In this document: one piece after another, positions 8,907-16,014 of the stretch | How the letters are laid out: each line of letters begins with the position of its first letter | Numbering within the stretch: position 1 is the stretch's first letter | Source of the DNA: a virus | DNA: 64,000 nucleotides | IMG/VR virus record: IMGVR_UViG_3300020438_004021 | Location: 64,001-128,000 of that record | Reading direction: 5' to 3' (one strand) | Translations under genes and position numbers: made by a program | The notes under the pieces: generated by a model | Databases searched by the model: none | Told to the model about the DNA's origin: nothing | The model's input: the letters and a program-made list of their open reading frames with translations, nothing else

Positions 8907-10289
8907 ATGGCAACCAAGCAATCGAGACAAAATAGAGCTGACTTCATCAAAGCGATGAAGGAGGCAGGACTTACTTCACCTGTCACCCGTGAACAGGTCA
9001 GGGAAGTCTGCGATTCCACGGGCATCTATGCGGTTCCGCCATCATGGATTACGTACGATGCTTCCCGCAAGACCGGTGCTCTCGGCGAGTACCACATCCC
9101 AGAACTCTCCGAAGGTGCTACCACAACCGCACCCGCCAAGGAGGCAGCACCCATGACTGCTACTATCGTCACCAATAAGGTGAAAACCGCTGATGTCTGC
9201 GATACCACTATGGCACTCGCAATGACTGGTGGTGAGAGCGAGACTCTCGTCCCAGAGCGAATCAGCACTTACGTTCCTTGGGGTCACTTCAAGGACATCG
9301 AGCAAATCATTCGTGCGAAGATGTTCTACCCTTGCTTCATCACTGGTCTGTCCGGCAACGGCAAGACCACGATGGTTGACCAGGTTTGTGCGAAGCTCAA
9401 GCGAGAGCTGTTCCGCATCAACATCACTACTCAGACCGATGAGGACGATTTGCTTGGTGGTTTCCGTCTCATCAACGGTGAGACCAAGTGGTGTGATGGT
9501 CCTGTCGTGAAGGCGATGAAGCAGGGTGGAATTCTTCTCCTCGACGAAATCGACCTTGCGTCACATGCAATCATGTGCCTGCAGCCGGTTCTGGAAGGCA
9601 AGGGTGTCTTCCTCAAGAAGATTGGTCAATGGGTCAAGCCCGCAGCCGGTTTCCAGATTTTCGCTACTGCCAATACCAAGGGTAAGGGCAGCGATGATGG
9701 TCGGTTCATCGGGACCAACGTTCTCAATGAGGCATTCCTCGACCGATTCTCAGTTTGCTTTGAGCAGGCATACGCTCCCAAGAAGGTGGAGCAGAAGATT
9801 CTCACCAAGGCGATGCAATCGCTCGACTGCGAGGACAAGGACTTCACCAAGAAGCTGGTTGACTGGGCAGACATGATTCGTAAGTGCTTCTACGAGGATG
9901 CGGTTGATGAAATCATCACCACACGCCGTCTGGTCAACGTTGCTACGGCATTCTCCATCTTTGGTGACCGTGCCAAGGCAGTTGAGATGGCAGTCACCCG
10001 ATTCGATGACTCCACCAAGGAGGCCTTCCTCACGATGTACGGCAAGATTGATGCCGACACCATCGTGGGCGAGGAGGAGATGGAGGTGGTCGACTACGAA
10101 ACCGCAGAACGTTTCGACATTGACGTGTCTTTTGACGACAAGGACGAAGCGAAGAGACTGGGTGCTAGGTGGGACGTTCCCAAGAAGCAGTGGTATGTCG
10201 AAGGCGACAAGTACCGCAAGAATCCCGAAAGATGGGTAAGATGGAATCCGGTAGCCGTTTCTACCTCCTCCACTCCCGCACCGTTTTGA
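8907..10289 (+). CDS. CobS/MoxR-like AAA+ ATPase with C-terminal DUF5710-like domain
   Basis: Walker A GLSGNGKT, Walker B LLLDEID, ATANTKGKG, NEAFLDRF; C-terminal VSFDDKDEAKRLGARWD..KKQWYV. Confidence 0.85.
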   Translation: MATKQSRQNRADFIKAMKEAGLTSPVTREQVREVCDSTGIYAVPPSWITYDASRKTGALGEYHIPELSEGATTTAPAKEAAPMTATIVTNKVKTADVCDTTMALAMTGGESETLVPERISTYVPWGHFKDIEQIIRAKMFYPCFITGLSGNGKTTMVDQVCAKLKRELFRINITTQTDEDDLLGGFRLINGETKWCDGPVVKAMKQGGILLLDEIDLASHAIMCLQPVLEGKGVFLKKIGQWVKPAAGFQIFATANTKGKGSDDGRFIGTNVLNEAFLDRFSVCFEQAYAPKKVEQKILTKAMQSLDCEDKDFTKKLVDWADMIRKCFYEDAVDEIITTRRLVNVATAFSIFGDRAKAVEMAVTRFDDSTKEAFLTMYGKIDADTIVGEEEMEVVDYETAERFDIDVSFDDKDEAKRLGARWDVPKKQWYVEGDKYRKNPERWVRWNPVAVSTSSTPAPF

Positions 10290-10297
10290 ACGAAGCC

Positions 10298-10326
10298 TTG
10301 ACAGAAGTAAGGAGCCATGATCTAAT
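10298..10326 (+). promoter_or_regulatory. Early promoter TTGACA-N17-TCTAAT
   Basis: TTGACA gaagtaaggagccatga TCTAAT. Confidence 0.8.
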
Positions 10327-10333
10327 GGGTGCT

Positions 10334-10471
10334 ATGAAAGAATTTTTGATGTGGTGTGAGGATAAAGGCTACTATGAGTGGTCTGACCTCAAAGACGACT
10401 ACGAGTGGGTCGGAGGTAAGACTCATTCAGAAGCAATGAGTGAATGGATGAAAGAGGAGGTTGGAGGATGA
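10334..10471 (+). CDS. Small early hypothetical protein (45 aa)
   Basis: ATG lies 7 nt after the -10 box; its stop overlaps the next ATG. Confidence 0.55.
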   Translation: MKEFLMWCEDKGYYEWSDLKDDYEWVGGKTHSEAMSEWMKEEVGG

Positions 10472-10722
10472 TAGTGCTTGATGATTTTGATACCCAAATC
10501 CAGTGCGAGGATTATTGGTATGATGACTACGATGGCATCCCCACAGATGACATCATCGATGACGATGATGAGGACGTTCTCGATGATACTGATGAACACG
10601 ACGCTGTTTGGGATGACGATGATGAAGATGGCTTCGTAAGCACTCTGATTGACGGAAATGGGATTACCGCCGAAGGTTATAACTACCTTCATGAACTTGA
10701 TACCAATGGTTACTTTGTTTGA
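10468..10722 (+). CDS. Highly acidic hypothetical protein
   Basis: Asp-rich ORF with ATGA overlap and GGAGG RBS. Confidence 0.6.
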   Translation: MIVLDDFDTQIQCEDYWYDDYDGIPTDDIIDDDDEDVLDDTDEHDAVWDDDDEDGFVSTLIDGNGITAEGYNYLHELDTNGYFV

Positions 10723-10736
10723 AGGAGAAAATCAAA

Positions 10737-11060
10737 ATGAATAGTAACACACCTAACCCAGAATGGGCATATGACAACCTCACCGAATCACAGAAGCGTT
10801 ATGTGGAAATGATTCTTACACACGGACCAGACCTAGGTGTAGACTGCACCAAGGGTTCATTTTGTCGTGCCGAGCTGCGAGCGGTATCTCGCTCGTTTAA
10901 GACAAATGATGACATTCCTAACTGGATTGTTAAGACCAAGGAACGCAGAGCAGATGTGGGTGTCTATTACGTGCCTGAAGTTGCAGAGCACCAAACCCAT
11001 GTCCTAGGTGAGCAACCATCAGATGTCGAGGTTGAGACAATGGAAGAAGTAGCCGTCTAG
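10737..11060 (+). CDS. Hypothetical early protein
   Basis: AAGGAG RBS upstream of the ATG at 10737. Confidence 0.65.
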   Translation: MNSNTPNPEWAYDNLTESQKRYVEMILTHGPDLGVDCTKGSFCRAELRAVSRSFKTNDDIPNWIVKTKERRADVGVYYVPEVAEHQTHVLGEQPSDVEVETMEEVAV

Positions 11061-11072
11061 TACGGTGGTTAA

Positions 11073-11145
11073 AGGCTGGTAGCTCAGCGGTTAGAGCACC
11101 CGACTCATAATCGGTTAGTCGTCGGTTCGAATCCGACCCAGCCTA
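11073..11145 (+). tRNA. tRNA with CAT anticodon (probably Ile2/lysidine type; Met not excluded)
   Basis: Acceptor AGGCTGG/CCAGCCT, D-arm GCTC/GAGC, anticodon loop CTCATAA, T-loop TTCGAAT; C29-G30-A31 as in tRNA-Ile2; no encoded CCA. Confidence 0.9.
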
Positions 11146-11158
11146 TTTGGAGAACAAA

Positions 11159-11344
11159 ATGGAAATCACACAAGAGCAGGCAAATAAGTTTTTGAACTGG
11201 TTACGAGAAAGTGGTAAGACTAACATGTTTGGTGCTACCCCCTACCTGCAGAAAAAGTTTAAAATCAACAGGTATGATGCACAAAGGTTTCTTATCAACT
11301 GGATGGACATGGACAATTTCGACAAGGACAAGACCCAAGGATGA
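11159..11344 (+). CDS. Conserved small phage protein
   Basis: LRESGKTNMFGATPYL motif seen in many phage hypotheticals; GGAG RBS. Confidence 0.7.
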   Translation: MEITQEQANKFLNWLRESGKTNMFGATPYLQKKFKINRYDAQRFLINWMDMDNFDKDKTQG

Positions 11345-11694
11345 ACACAGACCACCCATATTCCAACCATGCTGGTCATAAGGTATGGTCCCTGATTAAG
11401 GATGGGGCCGTTTATGTTTTCAGACAGTATTATGAAGGTGGAAAGATTGAGATATGTGAGCCGGATGGTGAGGTACTCAAATTGACTGCTGAGCATGCTA
11501 GGGTGGTCTGGGAAACCCTAATCAGCTACGGATTCGTGGTCCAGAATGCATGCCATCACTGGGGTATGGATGAATTCAACAAGATGAAGAGAGAAGAAGA
11601 AATGAAATCTGTCTACCAACTTGGTAATAGGAAAGACAGAAGGAAAAAAGAATGGTTCGACAAGGTACTCAAAAATTATGCACTGGAGGCATGA
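11341..11694 (+). CDS. Hypothetical protein
   Basis: ATGA overlap within the early gene cluster. Confidence 0.6.
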   Translation: MNTDHPYSNHAGHKVWSLIKDGAVYVFRQYYEGGKIEICEPDGEVLKLTAEHARVVWETLISYGFVVQNACHHWGMDEFNKMKREEEMKSVYQLGNRKDRRKKEWFDKVLKNYALEA

Positions 11695-11695
11695 A

Positions 11696-11959
11696 ATGAA
11701 CGACAACCACCCCACAACTACTTTTGTCCTTAGTGACGCAATCGATGCACTTCGTACCTCTGAGGAGAGGATGCAGGACCCCTTTGCACCAATCGAGCAG
11801 ATGGTCGGAATGTTGCAGGCAACTCTGGCAATCATCATGAGGCTTACCAGCAGTTACGACGAGTCGAACTTCACTGGTGAAGAGATTGATTTGGTACACA
11901 GGGTAACTACATTGGCATCTGAAATCACGAACGAAATGTTCACCGGAGAGAACCCATGA
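11696..11959 (+). CDS. Hypothetical helical protein
   Basis: GGAGG RBS; tightly packed with neighbours. Confidence 0.6.
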   Translation: MNDNHPTTTFVLSDAIDALRTSEERMQDPFAPIEQMVGMLQATLAIIMRLTSSYDESNFTGEEIDLVHRVTTLASEITNEMFTGENP

Positions 11960-12231
11960 ATAAATCGATAATCGAAATTGAATACGATGAGTCCTACAAC
12001 ACAGAGAAGAAAAGAGTCGTGGACCCAAAGAACAGTAAGAGATGGCATTATAAAGACATAAAGGTTGACGATCCCAAGGCATGGGAAATCATCACAGTGG
12101 AAAATAATGTGACCTTGGTTCCCGGTTACCGGCTCAATAAGAAGCAAGTAGAGGTACTTTGTAAGAACACTAGGTATGACGTGAGAATTGGGATGCCGGG
12201 TCAGTTTCGTGTCAGCAATAGCAGGTATTGA
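11956..12231 (+). CDS. Hypothetical protein
   Basis: ATGA overlap; GGAG RBS. Confidence 0.6.
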   Translation: MNKSIIEIEYDESYNTEKKRVVDPKNSKRWHYKDIKVDDPKAWEIITVENNVTLVPGYRLNKKQVEVLCKNTRYDVRIGMPGQFRVSNSRY

Positions 12232-12548
12232 TTATGAAAATCATCGTTGAAGAAGAGTATGGTTATCGTTACTGGGTGTGGGAGCTTAAGGCATCCTCTA
12301 GGGTTGGTGTTGAAAGACACTTTAGTAAGACGACAGGTGCATCGGGAGACGATTATTGGTATTGTACTGGAAAACCAGAGGACCACTTCACAATCGGCGA
12401 GTGGAAGCAGGTGGAGTTTCCAGAATACAAGGTCATGGTTGATAAAGATGATTATGATGCGGCTGCTCACATTCATCAGAACGATGACAGTTGGATTAGT
12501 TTTAGGGACGACCCAGTACACTGTATAGACACAGGAGAGGACGTTTAA
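12228..12548 (+). CDS. Hypothetical protein
   Basis: Tightly packed ORF. Confidence 0.55.
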   Translation: MIMKIIVEEEYGYRYWVWELKASSRVGVERHFSKTTGASGDDYWYCTGKPEDHFTIGEWKQVEFPEYKVMVDKDDYDAAAHIHQNDDSWISFRDDPVHCIDTGEDV

Positions 12549-13129
12549 TGGCATTTAAAGTATTTGACGATTTCATCGATGAAGGATACCGAGACTTAGT
12601 AGAGAATATGATGCTTAACACGCACTGGATGTATCAAAAGCATATGGATTATGACAATGATAAGGTTCTGGTAGATGGTGCTGACTCCTATTCTCAGTTT
12701 TCAAGTGTCATTTTTCACCACGGTTCCGTTAGTAACAACCACCTTCATGGCATCTTACTTCCAATGGTTAGTAAGGTGATTAATGAAGAGCTTAAAGGTT
12801 ACGACCTAGCGAGGTCCAGAGCGATACTTCAGGTTCCTAATGTAGCGAGACCCGAAATGTATGTGCCTCACATAGACTTCGATAGTAGATACATTATGAG
12901 CGTAATTTATTATGCTTGTGACTCTGACGGGGATACCGTACTCTTCGAAGAATCTGGATTTGACGTTAGTATGGAGGATAGAGGAGAACATAGTTTCAAA
13001 GAGGTGGATAGGGTCTCCCCCAAGAAGGGCAGACTGGTGATTTTTCCCTCAGACGAGTACCATTGTGGTTCTCCTCCCTCCAAGTCCAACAGAATGTTGG
13101 TTAATTTTAATTTTGAAAGGAATGCATGA
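12548..13129 (+). CDS. 2OG-Fe(II) oxygenase family protein
   Basis: HxD (PHID), YYACDSDGDT, PKKGRLVIF, distal His (YHC) and Arg (NRM). Confidence 0.8.
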   Translation: MAFKVFDDFIDEGYRDLVENMMLNTHWMYQKHMDYDNDKVLVDGADSYSQFSSVIFHHGSVSNNHLHGILLPMVSKVINEELKGYDLARSRAILQVPNVARPEMYVPHIDFDSRYIMSVIYYACDSDGDTVLFEESGFDVSMEDRGEHSFKEVDRVSPKKGRLVIFPSDEYHCGSPPSKSNRMLVNFNFERNA

Positions 13130-13458
13130 TGGCTGGACACGCAATTTTCGTATTTAATAACAATGAGCAGAGAGAAAAATTCTTCTCTCACAGTATCCTC
13201 GAGAAGCATTCTGTCAATGAGGACACGATGGATACCGATGCTAACTGCAGAATTCGCATACCTACTGGTAACTGGAGGACTAGCGACAACCCGCTCAAGG
13301 TTCAGAAGCGGCTGCTCGAGGTAGCAGATGTGGCTAAGACGTTCGGTGCTGAATGCCATTTGGACTGTGGTGGTGATAATATGACCGACTGCAATAACCA
13401 TGAGGTGAGCTGCGGACGGCTATGCGACTTCTGCATGTTTGAGGAAAATAGGGGTTGA
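13126..13458 (+). CDS. Hypothetical protein with Cys-rich C-terminus
   Basis: ATGA overlap; C-terminal CxxxCxxC. Confidence 0.5.
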   Translation: MMAGHAIFVFNNNEQREKFFSHSILEKHSVNEDTMDTDANCRIRIPTGNWRTSDNPLKVQKRLLEVADVAKTFGAECHLDCGGDNMTDCNNHEVSCGRLCDFCMFEENRG

Positions 13459-13483
13459 CAGAAGAAAGAAGCCATGGTATAAT
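13455..13483 (+). promoter_or_regulatory. Early promoter TTGACA-N17-TATAAT
   Basis: Consensus sigma70 promoter with extended TG. Confidence 0.88.
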
Positions 13484-13509
13484 GGGTTTTCAACAGTGAA
13501 GGAAAAACG

Positions 13510-13857
13510 ATGACAGTACAGACTAAAGAATACAAAAAAGAAGTCCGAATGGCTGGTCCCACCAGACTTCTGGACATGGATGAAACGACAATCTCAGACA
13601 TTTATAGTTGTCTGAACGAAGGAATTTGTGAAATCAAGTACACTGGTCCTGATGGAGAAGAGGAAATCAGGTCATGCACTCTAAGAGGTTCATGGGTTCA
13701 GAATGACATGAAGAATGACTGGGTTGACCATGAGTATGAAAAAGGAATCATGGTAGTCTGGGATATGAGCGGAGATGAATGGAGAGGTGGGTCTTGGACT
13801 CAGATTCCAATCGACCGAATCACTTTCGTTGAGCAGCTTACTGGAGTACACAGATGA
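13510..13857 (+). CDS. SH3/WYL-like beta-barrel protein (DUF2693-like)
   Basis: LNEGICEIKYT..DGE..IRSCTL...VVWD....WR pattern. Confidence 0.6.
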   Translation: MTVQTKEYKKEVRMAGPTRLLDMDETTISDIYSCLNEGICEIKYTGPDGEEEIRSCTLRGSWVQNDMKNDWVDHEYEKGIMVVWDMSGDEWRGGSWTQIPIDRITFVEQLTGVHR

Positions 13858-14069
13858 GTTTTGATTACCAAGTTGGAGACAAAGCAGTTGACAAGCAGTC
13901 CATGAGAATGGGTACAATCATTGATTTGGTTGAAGAGTTTAATGAATCTGGCGAAAGCACATATAACGCCGCCAAGATTGATTTTGGAGACGGTACTACA
14001 GAATGGGTGAATGGTGAAAATATGACCAAACTGCTTCTAGAAGATTGTACGGATGCCCCCTCGTCATAA
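13854..14069 (+). CDS. Small hypothetical protein
   Basis: ATGA overlap; YQVGD beta-rich pattern. Confidence 0.55.
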   Translation: MSFDYQVGDKAVDKQSMRMGTIIDLVEEFNESGESTYNAAKIDFGDGTTEWVNGENMTKLLLEDCTDAPSS

Positions 14070-14105
14070 ATAAGGTAGATAAGAACCTCGAAAAAGGAGG
14101 TCACG

Positions 14106-14324
14106 ATGCCTAACGAGAGGAAAAAGAAGAAAGTCTGGACAGAACCAGAGGACAAATCGCAGTGGTTACTAGATTTGATTGATGCCGGAGAATCGGTGGT
14201 AGTTGGATATGAGAAATACTTGATGAATAAACTTGACTACAACCAGCTGGCACAACTCATGCTTCAACTGCGTGAGCTGCTTCCGATGTCCCTTGAGGAC
14301 AAAATGGAAAAAGACCCAGAGTGA
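14106..14324 (+). CDS. Hypothetical protein
   Basis: Strong AAGGAGG RBS; CATAAATA late-like motif upstream. Confidence 0.6.
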   Translation: MPNERKKKKVWTEPEDKSQWLLDLIDAGESVVVGYEKYLMNKLDYNQLAQLMLQLRELLPMSLEDKMEKDPE

Positions 14325-14338
14325 ACTTCGTAATGCAT

Positions 14339-14411
14339 GGGAGTGTAGCTCAGTCGGTAGAGCATCGGTCTTTTAAACCGGTGGTCGTGGGTTCGAGTCC
14401 CACCGCTCCCA
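14339..14411 (+). tRNA. tRNA-Lys (TTT)
   Basis: Acceptor GGGAGTG/CGCTCCC, anticodon loop CTTTTAA, T-loop TTCGAGT. Confidence 0.93.
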
Positions 14412-14432
14412 CTTGGGATTGACAATGAATAC

Positions 14433-14461
14433 TTGACAGGATAAATAACCTGTGATCTAAT
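14433..14461 (+). promoter_or_regulatory. Early promoter TTGACA-N17-TCTAAT
   Basis: TTGACA ggataaataacctgtga TCTAAT. Confidence 0.78.
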
Positions 14462-14552
14462 GGAATTTGTGAAAGCATCAATAGGACCTAACCCGATGGG
14501 GTATGAGATGCGTGAATGTGAAATCGTCGGGAATTTTAAGGAGAATGTCATT

Positions 14553-14825
14553 ATGATGACAAAGATCTCAAAGCGTCGTAAGGTTATGAACTTCCTCAGC
14601 AACTCTGACAAGGGACTAACCGAGAGCGAAGCCCGCTCAATGTTTGGTGTCAATGCACTGCCTTCAGTGATCAGCAGCATCAAGAAGCAGGTCGAATGCA
14701 ATGGTAATTGGGAAATCGTCAAGGAGCGTACGCCTCGTAACAAGGTTCGCTATTTCATGAACGATACCCACCCAGGCACTCGCTCCTACGGTTTCAACCG
14801 TGACGGCAGTCGCTACGCTATCTGA
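14553..14825 (+). CDS. Winged helix-turn-helix DNA-binding protein
   Basis: KVMNFL...GLTESEARSMFGV..LPSVISSIKK pattern; AAGGAG RBS before the ATG at 14553. Confidence 0.65.
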   Translation: MMTKISKRRKVMNFLSNSDKGLTESEARSMFGVNALPSVISSIKKQVECNGNWEIVKERTPRNKVRYFMNDTHPGTRSYGFNRDGSRYAI

Positions 14826-14932
14826 TTCCTAACGGAATCGCCCCCTACAATTCAAGTCTTTTGATGGGTTCACTCCCATTGAAAGACATTCTTGACAAGT
14901 GAATAGAATATAAGTGCATTGGGATTAATTAC

Positions 14933-15117
14933 CTCGATGCCGGACGGTGACAGAATATTTTTCGTTACTGAAGATAATGTATGCAATTCCTCGTGGTAAG
15001 GTGCGAATGCTCAAATGAGTGAAGTAGTCTTTGACCAAGACAGTTGCAGTGCGAGTAGGAAATAACCAAACTAGGTAACTCCGAAAGTTGTGGGTATAGT
15101 TGAGTCCCATCCGTCCA
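14933..15117 (+). ncRNA. Structured non-coding RNA, possibly manA-motif-like
   Basis: Closing helix GGACGG (14942-14947)/CCGTCC (15111-15116) enclosing several hairpins; no credible ORF. The family assignment is from memory only. Confidence 0.5.
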
Positions 15118-15219
15118 TGAATAACGTCTCAGAAGAGGTGGTTCGAGTCCACCCATTAGGGCTGCAGTCAGACCCTGTAGTGTATGTCAGAGTTCAGCAC
15201 GCTGAGACAGGATTTTCCG

Positions 15220-15285
15220 AGGTTGTGTGGGGTGGAGCAGGGTGGTTGACTTTCTAGTTTGACAGCTCCCCCACACAACCTTTTA
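15220..15285 (+). terminator. Long hairpin followed by a U-tract (terminator or small structured RNA)
   Basis: AGGTTGTGTGGGG (15220-15232) pairs perfectly with CCCCACACAACCT (15269-15281), followed by TTT. Confidence 0.6.
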
Positions 15286-15442
15286 ATCTACCGTTCTAAA
15301 GGAGACCTGCTATGGAGACCTAGGATTTTATTAATAAGATAGGATTTTAATATTATAGCACGTCAATTGACAGACTCAAAACAGCAACCGAACGAAGTTA
15401 ACTGGTCTTCCTATCGTTCGGTATTAAAGACCAGCGTTCTGA

Positions 15443-15466
15443 CCCCGTACGATAACGGGGTTTTTT
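15443..15466 (+). terminator. Intrinsic terminator
   Basis: CCCCGT-acgata-ACGGGG-TTTTTT. Confidence 0.85.
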
Positions 15467-15472
15467 CATATA

Positions 15473-15516
15473 CCCCCTCCTGATATCTAGAAAACGCTAT
15501 ATCCCCTCCTGATATC
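15473..15516 (+). repeat. Two copies of CCCCTCCTGATATC upstream of a promoter
   Basis: Copies at 15474-15487 and 15503-15516; same core as the 8660-8781 cluster. Confidence 0.75.
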
Positions 15517-15526
15517 GAGAAGGTAC

Positions 15527-15555
15527 TTGACAGGAGGTCAAAGCCATGATCTAAT
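15527..15555 (+). promoter_or_regulatory. Early promoter TTGACA-N17-TCTAAT
   Basis: TTGACA ggaggtcaaagccatga TCTAAT. Confidence 0.8.
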
Positions 15556-15578
15556 GGGTGGAGTAAAAGGAGATATGG

Positions 15579-15770
15579 ATGGCAAAACGAGTATGGGACA
15601 GATTTGACGAAGAAGCCGAGAGAGAAGGAGCCGCCTTCACCAAGCAGGTAGTCACCCAAATTATAAAAGGTGGGGGTCGTGAAGGCAAGAAAATCCGAAA
15701 GCAGAGAAGCGGCATCCAAGCTGCTCTTAACCGTTCTGAAATGCGTATTATGAGGAAATATCTAGTATGA
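15579..15770 (+). CDS. Small basic hypothetical protein
   Basis: First ORF after the promoter; GGAG RBS. Confidence 0.6.
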   Translation: MAKRVWDRFDEEAEREGAAFTKQVVTQIIKGGGREGKKIRKQRSGIQAALNRSEMRIMRKYLV

Positions 15771-15982
15771 GTAAGTCTTGCCTAGACTGTGGAACCAATA
15801 TTCCAGAAGCACGTTTGAGTGCAGTACCCGACACAGACTACTGCGTGGGTTGTGTCGACAAGAATTCAAAGCCGGTTGTAGCCAGGTTGATTTTCAATCA
15901 CAAGACAGCTGGTGAAGTATTCATCGCCAAGGGAAAAGAGAATGTGAGAATCCTAGAGAGGGAGTACTCAAGGGGCAGGTAA
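15767..15982 (+). CDS. TraR/DksA C4-type zinc finger protein
   Basis: CLDCG..IPEARL.AVP....CVGC. Confidence 0.85.
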   Translation: MSKSCLDCGTNIPEARLSAVPDTDYCVGCVDKNSKPVVARLIFNHKTAGEVFIAKGKENVRILEREYSRGR

Positions 15983-15988
15983 TATTCT

Positions 15989-15996
15989 TATAAATA
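15989..15996 (+). promoter_or_regulatory. Late promoter TATAAATA
   Basis: Exact motif, intergenic. Confidence 0.7.
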
Positions 15997-16014
15997 ATTT
16001 CAGAGGGACTCCCA

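Noticed and set aside
8599-8930. ORFs 8599-8841 (+) and 8619-8930 (-)
   Set aside because: They run through the palindrome/repeat block and promoter; their repeated peptides only mirror the DNA repeats.
14892-14920. Additional sigma70 promoter at TTGACA 14892
   Set aside because: No acceptable -10 box at 16-18 nt spacing.
14828-15161. tmRNA (about 330 nt ending in a T-arm)
   Set aside because: No GGGG 5' end, no G3-U70 alanine acceptor, and no tag ORF recognisable.
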